Source: Candidatus Hydrogenedentota bacterium (GTDB lineage: Bacteria > Hydrogenedentota > Hydrogenedentia > Hydrogenedentales > JAEUWI01). Taken from it: a DNA stretch of 64,000 nucleotides. Shown here one piece after another: positions 28,653 to 39,188 of this stretch (position 1 is the stretch's first letter; every line of letters begins with the position of its first letter). The DNA is taken from assembly GCA_034669905.1 (NCBI GenBank), contig JAXMOL010000018.1, positions 72,491 to 136,490 on the forward strand. Reading direction: 5' to 3'. Under the pieces are notes generated by a model that saw only the letters and a program-made list of their open reading frames with translations, was not told where the DNA came from and searched no databases. The position numbers and the translations under genes were made by a program.

Positions 28653-29600
28653 CTATGCCTGCAGACAGGGCTGCGACGCCGCCAGCGATTCGGCGGCCTC
28701 CAGGGAAACATTGCTGCCGGCCGTTCCGGCGGTCTGCACCGTAAGGGCACCCACGGCGTTGGCCAGGGCACCGCAGCGTTCGAGGTCCCACCCGGCGTTA
28801 ATACCGTACAGAAATCCGGCGCACGCCGCATCACCGGCACCCGTGCCATCGACAACCGTCACATCGTGGCGCCCAAAGCTGTAGCGCTCGGTCGCGTTGC
28901 AGACCATGAGCCCCTCGGCCCCCATTTTCAGCAGGATGCTCTCCACGCCGTAATTCAGGAAGAACTGCAGTATCTCTTCGGGCTCAGCCGTGCCCGTGTA
29001 GTGCGGCGCTTCGCTCATGCTCGTGCAAATGATGTTGGTGTAGGGGAGCGCAGCCTCCATCAGGGGAAGCCACGTATTGGAGCCGTCGAAGCAGGTGTCA
29101 ATCGATGTCTTGACACCCATACCCTGCACACGTTCAAAGACGCGGCCAATAGGCGCACCGTGGAGCATGGGGGTCAACCCCGGCCCACCCCAGTGAAATA
29201 CCTTGGACTTACCCACCAAGTCAAAATCGATGTCCGCTTCAGAAACGATACCCACCGTACCCACGTTGTGGAGAAAGGTGCGCTCGCCTTCGCTATCGAT
29301 CAGTACGACCGTAGCGGCCGAGCTGGTTCCATCTACCCGCCGAATGCCATCGGTATTTACGTGGGCATCGTGGAAGGCCTGGATCAGGAAATCCCCGAAG
29401 GCATCATTGCCCAGACAGCCCGTGAAAGCGGCCTGTCCACCCAGTTGACTGTAGACCGCCGCGGTGACACCGGCGAGGCCTCCCATGGCCATATCGAGAG
29501 AAGGAATGAGGCCCAACGTGCCCCGTTTCGGGAGTTCATCTACAGGTTGTGCTTTTACGTCAGCACACACGCAACCTATAGTTACAAGATCACAAGACAT
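28653..29600 (-). CDS. PfkB family carbohydrate kinase
   Basis: GCLGNDAFG, DSEGERTF, VVDGTGAGDA; start moved to ATG 29600. Confidence 0.92.
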   Translation of the reverse strand: MSCDLVTIGCVCADVKAQPVDELPKRGTLGLIPSLDMAMGGLAGVTAAVYSQLGGQAAFTGCLGNDAFGDFLIQAFHDAHVNTDGIRRVDGTSSAATVVLIDSEGERTFLHNVGTVGIVSEADIDFDLVGKSKVFHWGGPGLTPMLHGAPIGRVFERVQGMGVKTSIDTCFDGSNTWLPLMEAALPYTNIICTSMSEAPHYTGTAEPEEILQFFLNYGVESILLKMGAEGLMVCNATERYSFGRHDVTVVDGTGAGDAACAGFLYGINAGWDLERCGALANAVGALTVQTAGTAGSNVSLEAAESLAASQPCLQA

Positions 29601-29835
29601 ACACGTCGCCCTTGGGTTATTAAACAAAGAATTCGCAGCGCTTGGAGTATAGCAAGTTGACCCTTTGCGCGCAATCTTACCGGGCAGAGCGGGCCACCTT
29701 ATGGGGGGGCGTTTGCATCGGCTCAGAGGGCCCGGGAAGGGGCACTGCATAAAGGAAATACCGAATAATTGGCCTATGACCGGTTGGTCTGCTATCCTCC
29801 CCCATTCCCGTGTTTTCTTTCCCTGTGAGGTCCCT

Positions 29836-30924
29836 ATGAAAAAGTGTATTCGAATCGTGATCGCGGTGATTGCCCTGTGTCTGGCCTATCTTATGCTCTG
29901 GCCCGTACCCATCGAACCCGTCGCCTGGAATCCGCCCGTCGCCCCAGCCCTGACGGGCGACTATGCCGTCAACCAGGCCCTCGCTTCGGTAGAGCGACTC
30001 GGGGAAGGGGTGGGGCCCAAACCGGAGGACATCGCGCTCGATGGCGAGGGCCGCATTCTTGCCGGTTTCGAAGACGGCCGTATCATGCGCTGGGATAGTG
30101 CCGGGCAAAACCCGACCCTTTTCGCCGACACCGGTGGCCGTCCATTGGGGATGCACGTTGATGCCGATGGCAATCTGATCGTGGCGGACTCCTATCAGGG
30201 GCTCTTGCGTGTGGCACCCGATGGCGCTATTACGGTGCTCTCTACGGAACATGATGGTGTGCCTTATCGTTTCACGAACGACGTGGATATCGCCGCCGAT
30301 GGCACCATCTATTTCTCCGATGCTTCCCATAAATTCGGCCAGACTGCCTTCATGGAGGATCTCATCGAGCACGGCGCCAACGGACGGCTCCTTGCCTATC
30401 ACCCCGCCCGGAAAGAGACGGAGTTGTTGCTCGACGGCCTCTATTTCGCCAACGGTGTTGCGGTGGACCCGGGGCAGCAGTTCGTGCTGGTCAATGAGAC
30501 GGGCTCCTACCTGGTGCGGAAATATTGGATAGCGGGTCCCCGGAAAGGGGAGCACGAGGTGATTCTCGATAACCTGCCCGGTTTCCCCGACGGCATCTCC
30601 ACGGGCGCCAATGGCGTCTTCTGGGTGGCCCTGGCGTCGCCTCGGAATTCCCTCATGGACAAGCTCGGTCCCAAGCCCTTTCTGCGGAAGGTGGTCATGC
30701 GCCTGCCGGGTTTCCTGCGTCCTAAGCCTGTGAAATACAGCTTCGTCCTTGGCGTAGATGAGAATGGCACGGTCATGCACAACCTTCAAGATCCGGAGGG
30801 CGCCTATGCGCCCATCACGAGTGTGCAGGAAGAAAACGGCATGCTCTATTTCGGCAGCATCATCGAGTCGGCCTTTGCGCGCTTCCCGGTGCCGTCGAAT
30901 GCAGGCGAGACTCCCGCGCCATGA
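29836..30924 (+). CDS. Strictosidine synthase-like / SMP-30 beta-propeller hydrolase
   Basis: GGRPLG, FTNDVDI, IYFSDAS, LYFANGVA, NLPGFPDGI; start moved to ATG 29836. Confidence 0.92.
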   Translation: MKKCIRIVIAVIALCLAYLMLWPVPIEPVAWNPPVAPALTGDYAVNQALASVERLGEGVGPKPEDIALDGEGRILAGFEDGRIMRWDSAGQNPTLFADTGGRPLGMHVDADGNLIVADSYQGLLRVAPDGAITVLSTEHDGVPYRFTNDVDIAADGTIYFSDASHKFGQTAFMEDLIEHGANGRLLAYHPARKETELLLDGLYFANGVAVDPGQQFVLVNETGSYLVRKYWIAGPRKGEHEVILDNLPGFPDGISTGANGVFWVALASPRNSLMDKLGPKPFLRKVVMRLPGFLRPKPVKYSFVLGVDENGTVMHNLQDPEGAYAPITSVQEENGMLYFGSIIESAFARFPVPSNAGETPAP

Positions 30925-32213
30925 GAATGCGACAGACAGCAGCCCAGGCCCATGCCTTGCTCGATGAACAGAGCACCGATTTCGCTCGGGTAGAAAACCC
31001 GCCCGGTATTTTCCCCGCTCATGAAGTGGTGCCCCTGGCCCCTGGATATTCCACGGTGGAAGCTTCCCCGGCAGCGCTCTTCCTGGATATGGACGGCACC
31101 ATTACGTGCACCGAACCCCTTTTCCTGCACGGCGTGGAGCAGGTGGTGCGCCGTGCAACCGGCTGGGCGACCTGTGACGATTGGGCGGGCCTCGATCCAG
31201 CCATTGACCATCCGCGCATTGTGGGCTACAGCACCGTGCGGAATCTGGAGTATCTCCACGGCAAGTTTGGTGCGGCGGTGCTGCCCCCATTGTTTTTCGA
31301 CGCCGTGGACTCGGCCCTTGTGTTTCTGGGGGCCCATCCCATTCCCCACGATATCGAAGTGCGTATCGACGATATGATGGCCGCCTACCACCTGGAAGCG
31401 TGGTGGGATGACGCCCAGGCGACCCATCGGGTCGAATCGGATGGCGCACAGATTCGCGCGGATTTTCTGGGACGCTACCGCACGATCGACGTAAACATGT
31501 TTGCCCAAATGGGACTCATGGTGTTCTACGCCGATTATCTCGACGCCTTGATGAAGGTAAACCGGGGAGACGGGGCTTCCGTATCTCAGGCGGTATATGG
31601 AGACCCCCACATCCCGGCGGTCGCGCCCATGCCCGGCATCGCCTTGCTCTGTGCGGTGGCAAAGGGATGGCTCCGACCGGAAGATGGTCCGGCCCTGGCA
31701 GCGGCCCACGGACAAGAGGGCGTGCAGCGGCTGGGCCTGTGTCTCGAATGTTTTTCGGGCCATCCCGCGCGGGTTGCGCTGGTGACCTCCTCCGGTTCCC
31801 ACGAAACCGAGCTGGTCTTGGAGGCCGTATTCCGTGCCATGCGCGAAGAAGTGCGGGGGTGGGGGATTCCCCAGGATCTTGTAGAACGTATTCAACAGGG
31901 ATTCGAAGATCCGAAGAATTACTTCGACACGATTGTAACCTGTGATGACGTGATTGAAGGGCGGACCAAACCCTTCCGTGACCCCTATACCTTGGCACTG
32001 GGCCGATTGGGCCTTCACGGGGACGCTGCCCGGCGCGTCATCGGTTTTGAAGACACGGAGGCCGGCATTATTGCCCAGCGTGGTGCAGGCGTGGGGGTTC
32101 CCTGTGCCTTACCTATTGAACACACCCGGCATCAGGATTTTTCAGCCGCCGCCCATGTTCTGCCCGGTGGGGTGTTGGAAGCCCTGTTTCGCCATGGGTT
32201 ATTTATTGCCTGA
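30921..32213 (+). CDS. HAD-superfamily phosphatase with a large cap insertion
   Basis: FLDMDGT, LVTSS, KPFRDPY, GFEDTEAG; ATGA overlap with upstream gene. Confidence 0.8.
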   Translation: MRMRQTAAQAHALLDEQSTDFARVENPPGIFPAHEVVPLAPGYSTVEASPAALFLDMDGTITCTEPLFLHGVEQVVRRATGWATCDDWAGLDPAIDHPRIVGYSTVRNLEYLHGKFGAAVLPPLFFDAVDSALVFLGAHPIPHDIEVRIDDMMAAYHLEAWWDDAQATHRVESDGAQIRADFLGRYRTIDVNMFAQMGLMVFYADYLDALMKVNRGDGASVSQAVYGDPHIPAVAPMPGIALLCAVAKGWLRPEDGPALAAAHGQEGVQRLGLCLECFSGHPARVALVTSSGSHETELVLEAVFRAMREEVRGWGIPQDLVERIQQGFEDPKNYFDTIVTCDDVIEGRTKPFRDPYTLALGRLGLHGDAARRVIGFEDTEAGIIAQRGAGVGVPCALPIEHTRHQDFSAAAHVLPGGVLEALFRHGLFIA

Positions 32214-32292
32214 TTGAGGGCACCGAATTCCTGCCTGATGTCGTCTGTATGACGAGCGGGTTTTCCTGCCCGCAACAGGGCTTACGCGGGGC

Positions 32293-32961
32293 CTAAATCC
32301 GCCGCGCGACGATATCCTCGAAGGCGCTTCGCCACGATGCGCTCAGCGCAGGGTTCTGAAGCACCTCCTCGGCCCGTGCGCGGTTGCGGTTGTCGAAGAA
32401 GCGCAGGTGATTCGCTTCCGTCACCGTGACGCGTGCTTCGGTCGTGGGAATCAATTCGATGGTGTCTCCGGCCTGCAGCGTGCCCTCTTCCAAAACCCGA
32501 AAGTAGAATCCCACCAGCCCGCTCTTCATGAAGAGCTTGGGGAAACCCGGCAGTTTCATCTTGATGCCCAGCTTGAAGCAGGGCTGGCGCGGTTGGCTGA
32601 CTTCCAGGAGCACGGACCCGATTCGTAGACGGTCCCCGATGGATAGCTCCGTTTCCAGCAGCCCCTCGGTCGTCAGGTTCTCGCCAAACTGCCCCACGGA
32701 AAAAGCGTCGCGCTCCAGTTCCGTGGCCCAATGGGCGTAGTGTTCCCACGGGTAGCCATAGACCGCCTTGTCCGGCCCGCCGTGGTGAACGAGGTCGGCC
32801 TGTTTGTCGCCCGCCATTTGGGTACGGCCCACCAAGACGGGGCCGTCCACCGGTTGTTTAAAGATGCCGGTTTCTACCAGTCCATCCCGATACATGACTT
32901 GTTTGAGTCCGGAGACACTGACAGCGCGAAGTCTCATGGTGAAATCCTGTGGGTAGTCCAT
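32293..32961 (-). CDS. MOSC domain protein (YiiM-like)
   Basis: GDKQADLVHHGGPDKAV, FGENL, EVSQPRQPCFKL, GFYFRVLEEG. Confidence 0.93.
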   Translation of the reverse strand: MDYPQDFTMRLRAVSVSGLKQVMYRDGLVETGIFKQPVDGPVLVGRTQMAGDKQADLVHHGGPDKAVYGYPWEHYAHWATELERDAFSVGQFGENLTTEGLLETELSIGDRLRIGSVLLEVSQPRQPCFKLGIKMKLPGFPKLFMKSGLVGFYFRVLEEGTLQAGDTIELIPTTEARVTVTEANHLRFFDNRNRARAEEVLQNPALSASWRSAFEDIVARRI

Positions 32962-33165
32962 CGTATTTGTTGGGGTGGGCGCGAGCGCGGTTGTTACCCT
33001 AGCAACCCCTTATGCAGACCTGCAAGTGAATGGCGGCGGAGGACTTTTATCCTCTGTAAGTGACGTGTTACCGTACAAAGGTTCATATCGTTCAACCCAC
33101 TCGTGGTCTGATTCGAATACAGGGGTGCTTATTTCGCCAGAGCAGTTCATTCGAGCCGCCGAAGC

Positions 33166-33187
33166 ATTCCCCTCCTGGGAGGGGGGT
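33166..33187. repeat. Single CCCCTCC/GGAGGGG palindrome related to 62217-62299
   Basis: ATTCCCCTCCTGGGAGGGG vs ATTCCCCTCCTTGGAGGGG at 62216. Confidence 0.5.
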
Positions 33188-33267
33188 TGATTTTAGAACT
33201 GAGTAAATTTTTCGCAACAAATTAATAGCCCAGCAGTATGATTCTAACCATTAGGAAGAGTTTAGTC

Positions 33268-34614
33268 ATGTTCGTATCGATACGCCTCTTGCTGTGCTTG
33301 CTGCTGCTCCTGCCCGCCCTGACCTCATCGGGCGAAGACCTGCGTGCCCGGGCGAAGAACACCTTGGAGAAAGCCCTCACGGCCATGGAGACCTATCAGC
33401 GGCATGGCGGGTGGGCGACGGCCTGGAGCAAAGATGAGGGGGTGGTCTGGGGAGAATTCCTCCCCATCCCGGAGACGTGGATTACGGTGCAGGCACCGGC
33501 CACGCCGAAAATTGCAGGGGTCTACCTGCGCGCCGGGAAAGCGCTCGAAGAGCCCCGTTGGATCGCTGTCGCCGGAGAAGCCCATGCCGCACTTCGCCGA
33601 ATTCAGTCGGCCGAAGGGGGCTTTCCCCACGAGGGGCCCCCAGTCGCGGGGAATACGAAACGGGGGACCTTTGACGATGGTACGACGACGGATTCGCTCC
33701 AGTTTTTCATCGACTGGTGGCATCACACGGGGGCCCAGCGCGATCGGGACGCCGTAGACAGTGTGGGTGAATTCCTGCTCACGGCCCAGTATCCCGATTC
33801 CGGTGGATGGCCCCAGGCCTATCCGTTACCCGACGGATACGGGCGCTATATCACCTTCAACGATGGCAATTACAGCAACATCATGAGCGCCTTGTTTTCC
33901 ATGCACCGCGAAACGGGCGACGTGCGGTATCGGGATGCCGCCCTGCGTGGGGCGGATGGTATTCTGAAGTTGCAGGGAAGCGGGGAGGAATCCATCTGGG
34001 CCCAGCAATACGACCCACAGACCCTGGAACCCGCCTGGGCCCGCAAGTTCGAACCACCAGGATATACGCCAGCCGAGTCGTCCGCCGTGTGCAATACCCT
34101 CGTCGAGGTCTTCGTCGAAACGGGGGACGAGAGTTACATGGAGGCTTTGGGGCGCGCGCTGACGTGGTATGAAGGGCACAAGTTGCCCAACGGGAAATAC
34201 GCCCGGCTCTATGAACCCGGTACCCAGCGGCCCGTCTATGGTCGGCGTGACAAGGCGGTCAAGGTCTATGATTTCGCCGATGCCTGTGACGGCTATGGCT
34301 GGCAGGGTACCTGGTATCCCACGGCGGCGAAACAGGCCTGGGATGCCTATCAGAAGAAAGGCAAGGAAGCATTTCTCGAACAACGCCGACGGCCCAAAGC
34401 CGCGACCCACGTGGCCCCGAAGGACGACGTGATCCAGGGTATTTGTGATCGTCTCGGAGAAGATGGCCTATGGACGCGGAAGCCGAACAGTAAGCAGCTC
34501 GTTTTTTATGAGAAGAACGGGGTGTCCGCGGAGGTGCCCATGGTGCTGGTGCGCGATTTCAATACCCACGTGACCCAATTGTTGGACTATCTCGAAGCGA
34601 CGGCTGAACGGTAG
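33268..34614 (+). CDS. Secreted pectate lyase-like protein (PL10)
   Basis: GTFDDGTT, AQYPDSGGWPQ, ITFNDG, WAQQYDPQTLEPAWARKFEP, YARLYE. Confidence 0.8.
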   Translation: MFVSIRLLLCLLLLLPALTSSGEDLRARAKNTLEKALTAMETYQRHGGWATAWSKDEGVVWGEFLPIPETWITVQAPATPKIAGVYLRAGKALEEPRWIAVAGEAHAALRRIQSAEGGFPHEGPPVAGNTKRGTFDDGTTTDSLQFFIDWWHHTGAQRDRDAVDSVGEFLLTAQYPDSGGWPQAYPLPDGYGRYITFNDGNYSNIMSALFSMHRETGDVRYRDAALRGADGILKLQGSGEESIWAQQYDPQTLEPAWARKFEPPGYTPAESSAVCNTLVEVFVETGDESYMEALGRALTWYEGHKLPNGKYARLYEPGTQRPVYGRRDKAVKVYDFADACDGYGWQGTWYPTAAKQAWDAYQKKGKEAFLEQRRRPKAATHVAPKDDVIQGICDRLGEDGLWTRKPNSKQLVFYEKNGVSAEVPMVLVRDFNTHVTQLLDYLEATAER

Positions 34615-34616
34615 GG

Positions 34617-36083
34617 CTATTGGGCGACGCAACTCTGGTTGCCGCCTCCGGCCACGGCGGAAGCGAGTGCGTCTTCCAGGGTCTTCAGCAAGTCCGCGGG
34701 ATTCGCCCGGTGTTCCGACGCGCTCGCCAGACCGATGCTCACCGTGCATTTGAAGTGGGCATCTTTGTGGTGGAATACGTGGGCCTCGATGGTTCGCCGC
34801 AAATCCTCCAATACGGGAAAAGCCGATTCGATGGGTTTGGCTTCAAAGAGGACGGCCACCCGCTCCTGCCCATAGTTCCCCGGGAGGTCCGTACGTTCCA
34901 GATGACCGGCCAGTGCGTCACACAAATCGCTCAGCACGATGACCCCCGCGATGGGGCCATGCTGTTCTCGGATTGCCCCGATACCGTCCAAAGCAATCAG
35001 GCCGACGGTGAGGGGCTGTTGCGCCCCATTCGTCAGCGCGCGCTCCAGCTCCTTGAGCCAATCGTTTCGGGTCAGCAATCCGGTGTCTTTGTGGATGCTG
35101 TACAGATGATGCACGTCTTTGTGAAAGCGGGCCTCCACCTCATCAAGCAGAACAAACTTGAAGAGCACGTTGCCGATGAGAATGCGGTCGCCATGGCGCA
35201 GGATCGTGCTGGTGACGGGAACGTTGTTGACGAAGGTGCCATTACTTGACTCCAGATCCGTGATGACAACCGTTTCCTGGCCGTATTCGGCATTCCGGGT
35301 AAGGCGGGCATGGACCCGTGAAATCAGCGGCGACTTGATGGTCATATCCGCTTCCGGGGAGCGGCCCAAAGTAAGGGACTCTCCGGTGATTTCCACTTCG
35401 CGCCCCAACTCCCAGCCATCCAGGCAGATGAGGCTCGAGCGCAACGGACCGGTTGCCCCACGAGGAGGTGTCCCGGCGTTGTCGAAGAGCATGGTCGCGT
35501 GGGCGTCATCGTCGGCTTCGGTAGCCTCGGGTGCCGGCGCACTCTCCGGTGTTGGAACTGCTGCATTGGGCTGGAGCCCCAGCCCTTCCAGGCTCATACC
35601 GTCCGATGGAGCGGCCTCAGCGTCAACCCCATGAAGATAGTGTTCTGCTGCGGCTTCAAAGTCGCTGCGCGTACAGAGGAAGGCCTTCACACTCACGTGC
35701 GGGCAGGCCTGGCGCACCGCGGCCAGGGCTTCATCATTCAGCGGATTCACCATCGCAAGGGTGAGGCTCCTGCCGAGCATATCGATGGGAAGGAGGCGAT
35801 AGCGGAGGCACAATGCTCTGGGAAGCAATTGGATCGTGTCGTTGTCTATCTGGTAGTCCTGAAGACTGAGACGGGGCGTCTTCACCTTGGTGACGAAGAA
35901 CTCCGAGAGGGCTTCATTGTCCAGAAAACCCAAGTTCACCAGGGCCTGCGCCATGTCATCTCCCAGTGCCTGGGCCGCCTGAAGTTGTGCGGCCGTGATG
36001 AGGCCATGCTGGACGAGCAATGGCCCCAGCCGATCGGTCGAAGGTCTGTCTTCAGGCTCTGTTGGACGTTCCGGTGTGGTCAT
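34617..36083 (-). CDS. MshEN (GSPII_N) - FHA - degenerate GGDEF signalling protein
   Basis: RLGPLLVQHGLI; LTLAMVNPL; FHA LGRS...ISRVH...SSNGTFVN; GGDEF-fold with NYGQER, CTVSIGLA, GGNQ. Confidence 0.85.
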   Translation of the reverse strand: MTTPERPTEPEDRPSTDRLGPLLVQHGLITAAQLQAAQALGDDMAQALVNLGFLDNEALSEFFVTKVKTPRLSLQDYQIDNDTIQLLPRALCLRYRLLPIDMLGRSLTLAMVNPLNDEALAAVRQACPHVSVKAFLCTRSDFEAAAEHYLHGVDAEAAPSDGMSLEGLGLQPNAAVPTPESAPAPEATEADDDAHATMLFDNAGTPPRGATGPLRSSLICLDGWELGREVEITGESLTLGRSPEADMTIKSPLISRVHARLTRNAEYGQETVVITDLESSNGTFVNNVPVTSTILRHGDRILIGNVLFKFVLLDEVEARFHKDVHHLYSIHKDTGLLTRNDWLKELERALTNGAQQPLTVGLIALDGIGAIREQHGPIAGVIVLSDLCDALAGHLERTDLPGNYGQERVAVLFEAKPIESAFPVLEDLRRTIEAHVFHHKDAHFKCTVSIGLASASEHRANPADLLKTLEDALASAVAGGGNQSCVAQ

Positions 36084-36171
36084 GGTGTTAAATGATCGCT
36101 TCCTGCCAGTTGCCGCGGGCGGGATCGCCCCTGTGTGGTTATGGTACCACTCCGCGGGGAATGACTACGAA

Positions 36172-38964
36172 TCACGGGGTGGAAAATTCGGCCCCGTCGG
36201 GATTATGGTCGGCGTGGGGAGACAAGGGCATGCCCAGCAGGGTCGCACCTTCCCAACCGGCCTGGGCGGCCAGATAACGGCCATCATTCGCCGGGTCGCC
36301 AATGCGGTGAACAATACCCTGGAATCGGCGGGGGAAGCTGAGGTTCATGGTCGCAAACTGGCGGATGTTCAAGGGGTCATCCCGAACGACCCCCAGGGTC
36401 TTCAATCCGTACTGGTCGAAGAAGCGAATGCCCTGGGTGACACGCCAGGTATCAAATTCCGTCGCCCCATGATGCCACCAATCCAGGATGATTATATCTT
36501 TGGGCAGATACGTGGCGGCCCCTTTCGCGTCTAACCCGTAGGCCTGCTGGAAGGGGTTAAACTGGTCGCCCCACATGAAGACCTGGGCCCGCTTGTCGAG
36601 GCGACGCACGATATCAAAGCTCTTCTGCACGGCATCGGACAGCAAGAGGGCATTGGGCATTTCCCGCGCGATACAGCGGCTGTCCTGGTTCAGATAGCCC
36701 GTTCCCGTCTGGCCAATGTGGATGCCGGTGGGCGAAAGGTGGGCATAGACCTTTTTCAGCACCTGCTCCGTCAAGAGCCAGACGCCCGTATCCGAGGGGC
36801 AACTTGCCCCGTTCACCGCCAGGGAATGGTCCACCACATCGGCGGTGATGAGCAGGGTTTCATCGGTTTGAACCGGCGCCTTCCCCTTGAGTTGGATAAC
36901 CGGTGGCGCCAGGGATTCAAAGGTGAAGTCCCGCTCCACACGGAGTACCTTATAGCCTTTGCCCGTGCGAATCTGCGGTGTGGTGCTCTCATTTACCAGA
37001 ATGCGGTCAAAAGGCAGGTGTATACGACGGAGGGTATCCACCACGACGGGATACTCGACAAGGTGCTTCCCCTCCAGAAAGTTGGGATCGATGCGGGCCG
37101 CCAGGGTTTCGTTACCGAAGGTTTCGATCAGGGGGATGGGATCGATGAATCGGGACCGGCAGTAGGCGTAGGCCCCGGAGAGCAGGGGCTGGATCTCGCT
37201 GTCCTCCACATCCGGATAGAGGGAAGATGGCAGGAAGACCTGGTTGATGCGAAGGCCGGCGAGTTCATCGATGGTGGTCCTGAACTCGTCGTCAAAACTC
37301 TCCAGGGTCAGGACGGAGGCCCGGGTTGGCTGGGTGGGTTCGTCGATAATGGTGGTGGTGGCCAACGCACTGTCTTGTGCCAGTAATTGCAACAGGGTGT
37401 CGAGGCCGTAAAAGGCCCCGGCCGCCTGACGTCCCGCGACGATGATACGGGCAGGTTCCACAATAATGGCATAGCCTTCGGGATGCTCGGGTACCCGCTC
37501 TCGTATGGCATCCGCGGGCTCGCGGAATTCCGAGTCGTCGCCCCGTAACTCGGGAATGGGGGTGGCCAGAAGATCCGTTTCCAGCGCCAGCACATACACA
37601 TGGCCCACGGCGTCCCCTTCAAGGGCACCCGTCCGCTCGTTCCAATCAATATAGAGGGCGTCGTCCAGGGAGTCGTCGAAAATGCTGTCCGCGGTCGTAA
37701 GGGTCCAATTGCCGGTCACCTGCACCGTTGTGTTGGTGCTGGTGCCCACATGCTTTGGCTTTGGGAAGAGCCGATCGTGGGGCCGGGGGCTGTTCTGTAG
37801 TTCCACGGCCTCGTTGATGGCATGGGTCATGCCCGCTTTTAAGAACTGATAGGCCTGCGGTGACTTCTCAAAGCGATTCAGGCGCTCGGCGTGGGACATG
37901 GTGGCGACCAACTGTGCGTAGGCGTCCGCCGCGCGGGAGGGCGGAATGCTTGGCTGGGCCTCGGACAACAGGGTCCGAAATTCCGCAGCCAGGTCACCCT
38001 GATACAGGAGGCCATCTATCTCTACCCGCCCCCGGTAGGGCCATAGCACCTTGCCGTGGAGGGAGTAGGAATGGTCGGGGTACGTTTCTGTCGGGATGAT
38101 AAACGGGTGGCCCAGCCGAACGTCAAGCTGGCCAGCCACGTCGCCCCCTTGGCTCAGCAGCGTAACCGTGCCGGTATCCACGCCTTCCAGATTGCCCACC
38201 ACCGTAGGGTCGCCCCACGTCACGGCATACCCCGCATCGGTGGCGCGGTAGTCGAAACGGAGCACATCCTTCAGGCGGGGGATGAGGGATTTCACGGCGT
38301 CGGCGTTCGCGACGGGGGAGAGGGCAAAGCCCCAGCGACTGTCCCCATTACCAACCTTCAAGAGTAGCTGGTTGCGGCCTGCGACGAGCGGCAGGCGAAA
38401 ATAGTTGTCATTGGGACGGAGCGTGCGCCCTGTGTGGACGCGAAATATCTCTTGCCCATTTACCCAAATGCGTATGCCATCACTGCTGCCGAGGCCCATG
38501 AGCCGGTCCACGGCCACGTCGCTGTCTATCCAACAGGCGGCATAGGCAACCTGATTCGTGGTGGGGGCCATAAAGTCGCCCAGAAAGAACAACGCATGGG
38601 GGGCCGAGGCTTCGGTCCAGGTGCGCGATTCGCCGTCGGGCCCCGTTACCCGCTGACCGGGGAGGGGTGAGACCGCGCTTTCTCCACCGGCCTCGACGAG
38701 GTGGTCCTTGTAAAGCCCCGCGCATTCACGGTCATGGAGCCATTCCCCGTCGGGAACATCCGCCGCTGCGCGGTTGGGAAAGGGGCCGCAAACGAGCCAA
38801 TGTTTCAGGAATTCGCCATCGCTCAGTGCGTCCGCCTGGTAGATGTAGTCGGCGCGCTGGCCGGCCCCTGCCATCTCGGCGGGAAAGAGAAGTGCCGGGC
38901 AGCATAAGAGCGCGATCACGGTGCCCCGGAAGGGTAGGGCACGGGCAATGGAAATGACGTTCAT
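36172..38964 (-). CDS. Secreted PA14-like + GH20-like protein, catalytic motif degenerate
   Basis: WLVCGPF, GSSDGIRIWVNG, GRNQLLLKV; HPEGYAI...AGAFYGLDTLLQL (GH20 domain 2); IHIGQT; MWGDQFNP. Confidence 0.7.
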   Translation of the reverse strand: MNVISIARALPFRGTVIALLCCPALLFPAEMAGAGQRADYIYQADALSDGEFLKHWLVCGPFPNRAAADVPDGEWLHDRECAGLYKDHLVEAGGESAVSPLPGQRVTGPDGESRTWTEASAPHALFFLGDFMAPTTNQVAYAACWIDSDVAVDRLMGLGSSDGIRIWVNGQEIFRVHTGRTLRPNDNYFRLPLVAGRNQLLLKVGNGDSRWGFALSPVANADAVKSLIPRLKDVLRFDYRATDAGYAVTWGDPTVVGNLEGVDTGTVTLLSQGGDVAGQLDVRLGHPFIIPTETYPDHSYSLHGKVLWPYRGRVEIDGLLYQGDLAAEFRTLLSEAQPSIPPSRAADAYAQLVATMSHAERLNRFEKSPQAYQFLKAGMTHAINEAVELQNSPRPHDRLFPKPKHVGTSTNTTVQVTGNWTLTTADSIFDDSLDDALYIDWNERTGALEGDAVGHVYVLALETDLLATPIPELRGDDSEFREPADAIRERVPEHPEGYAIIVEPARIIVAGRQAAGAFYGLDTLLQLLAQDSALATTTIIDEPTQPTRASVLTLESFDDEFRTTIDELAGLRINQVFLPSSLYPDVEDSEIQPLLSGAYAYCRSRFIDPIPLIETFGNETLAARIDPNFLEGKHLVEYPVVVDTLRRIHLPFDRILVNESTTPQIRTGKGYKVLRVERDFTFESLAPPVIQLKGKAPVQTDETLLITADVVDHSLAVNGASCPSDTGVWLLTEQVLKKVYAHLSPTGIHIGQTGTGYLNQDSRCIAREMPNALLLSDAVQKSFDIVRRLDKRAQVFMWGDQFNPFQQAYGLDAKGAATYLPKDIIILDWWHHGATEFDTWRVTQGIRFFDQYGLKTLGVVRDDPLNIRQFATMNLSFPRRFQGIVHRIGDPANDGRYLAAQAGWEGATLLGMPLSPHADHNPDGAEFSTP

Positions 38965-39188
38965 GGACTTCCCCGTGGGGCGTTGTGTTCCGGTCAAGGG
39001 GTGTATTGAAATCGCTCTCACTCTATAGGGAGCGTTATAGGTCCGTCAAGCCATAGGCCGTACGTTTAATTCTTACGGGTGCCTGCGGTAAAGTAGAGGA
39101 AACCGTGGCCTGTCGACTTCCTTTCCTTGACGGGCCCTTGATGGACTTCAAATTGCGGGCGAGGGCGCCCGAGCGAACGAAAGTGCCT

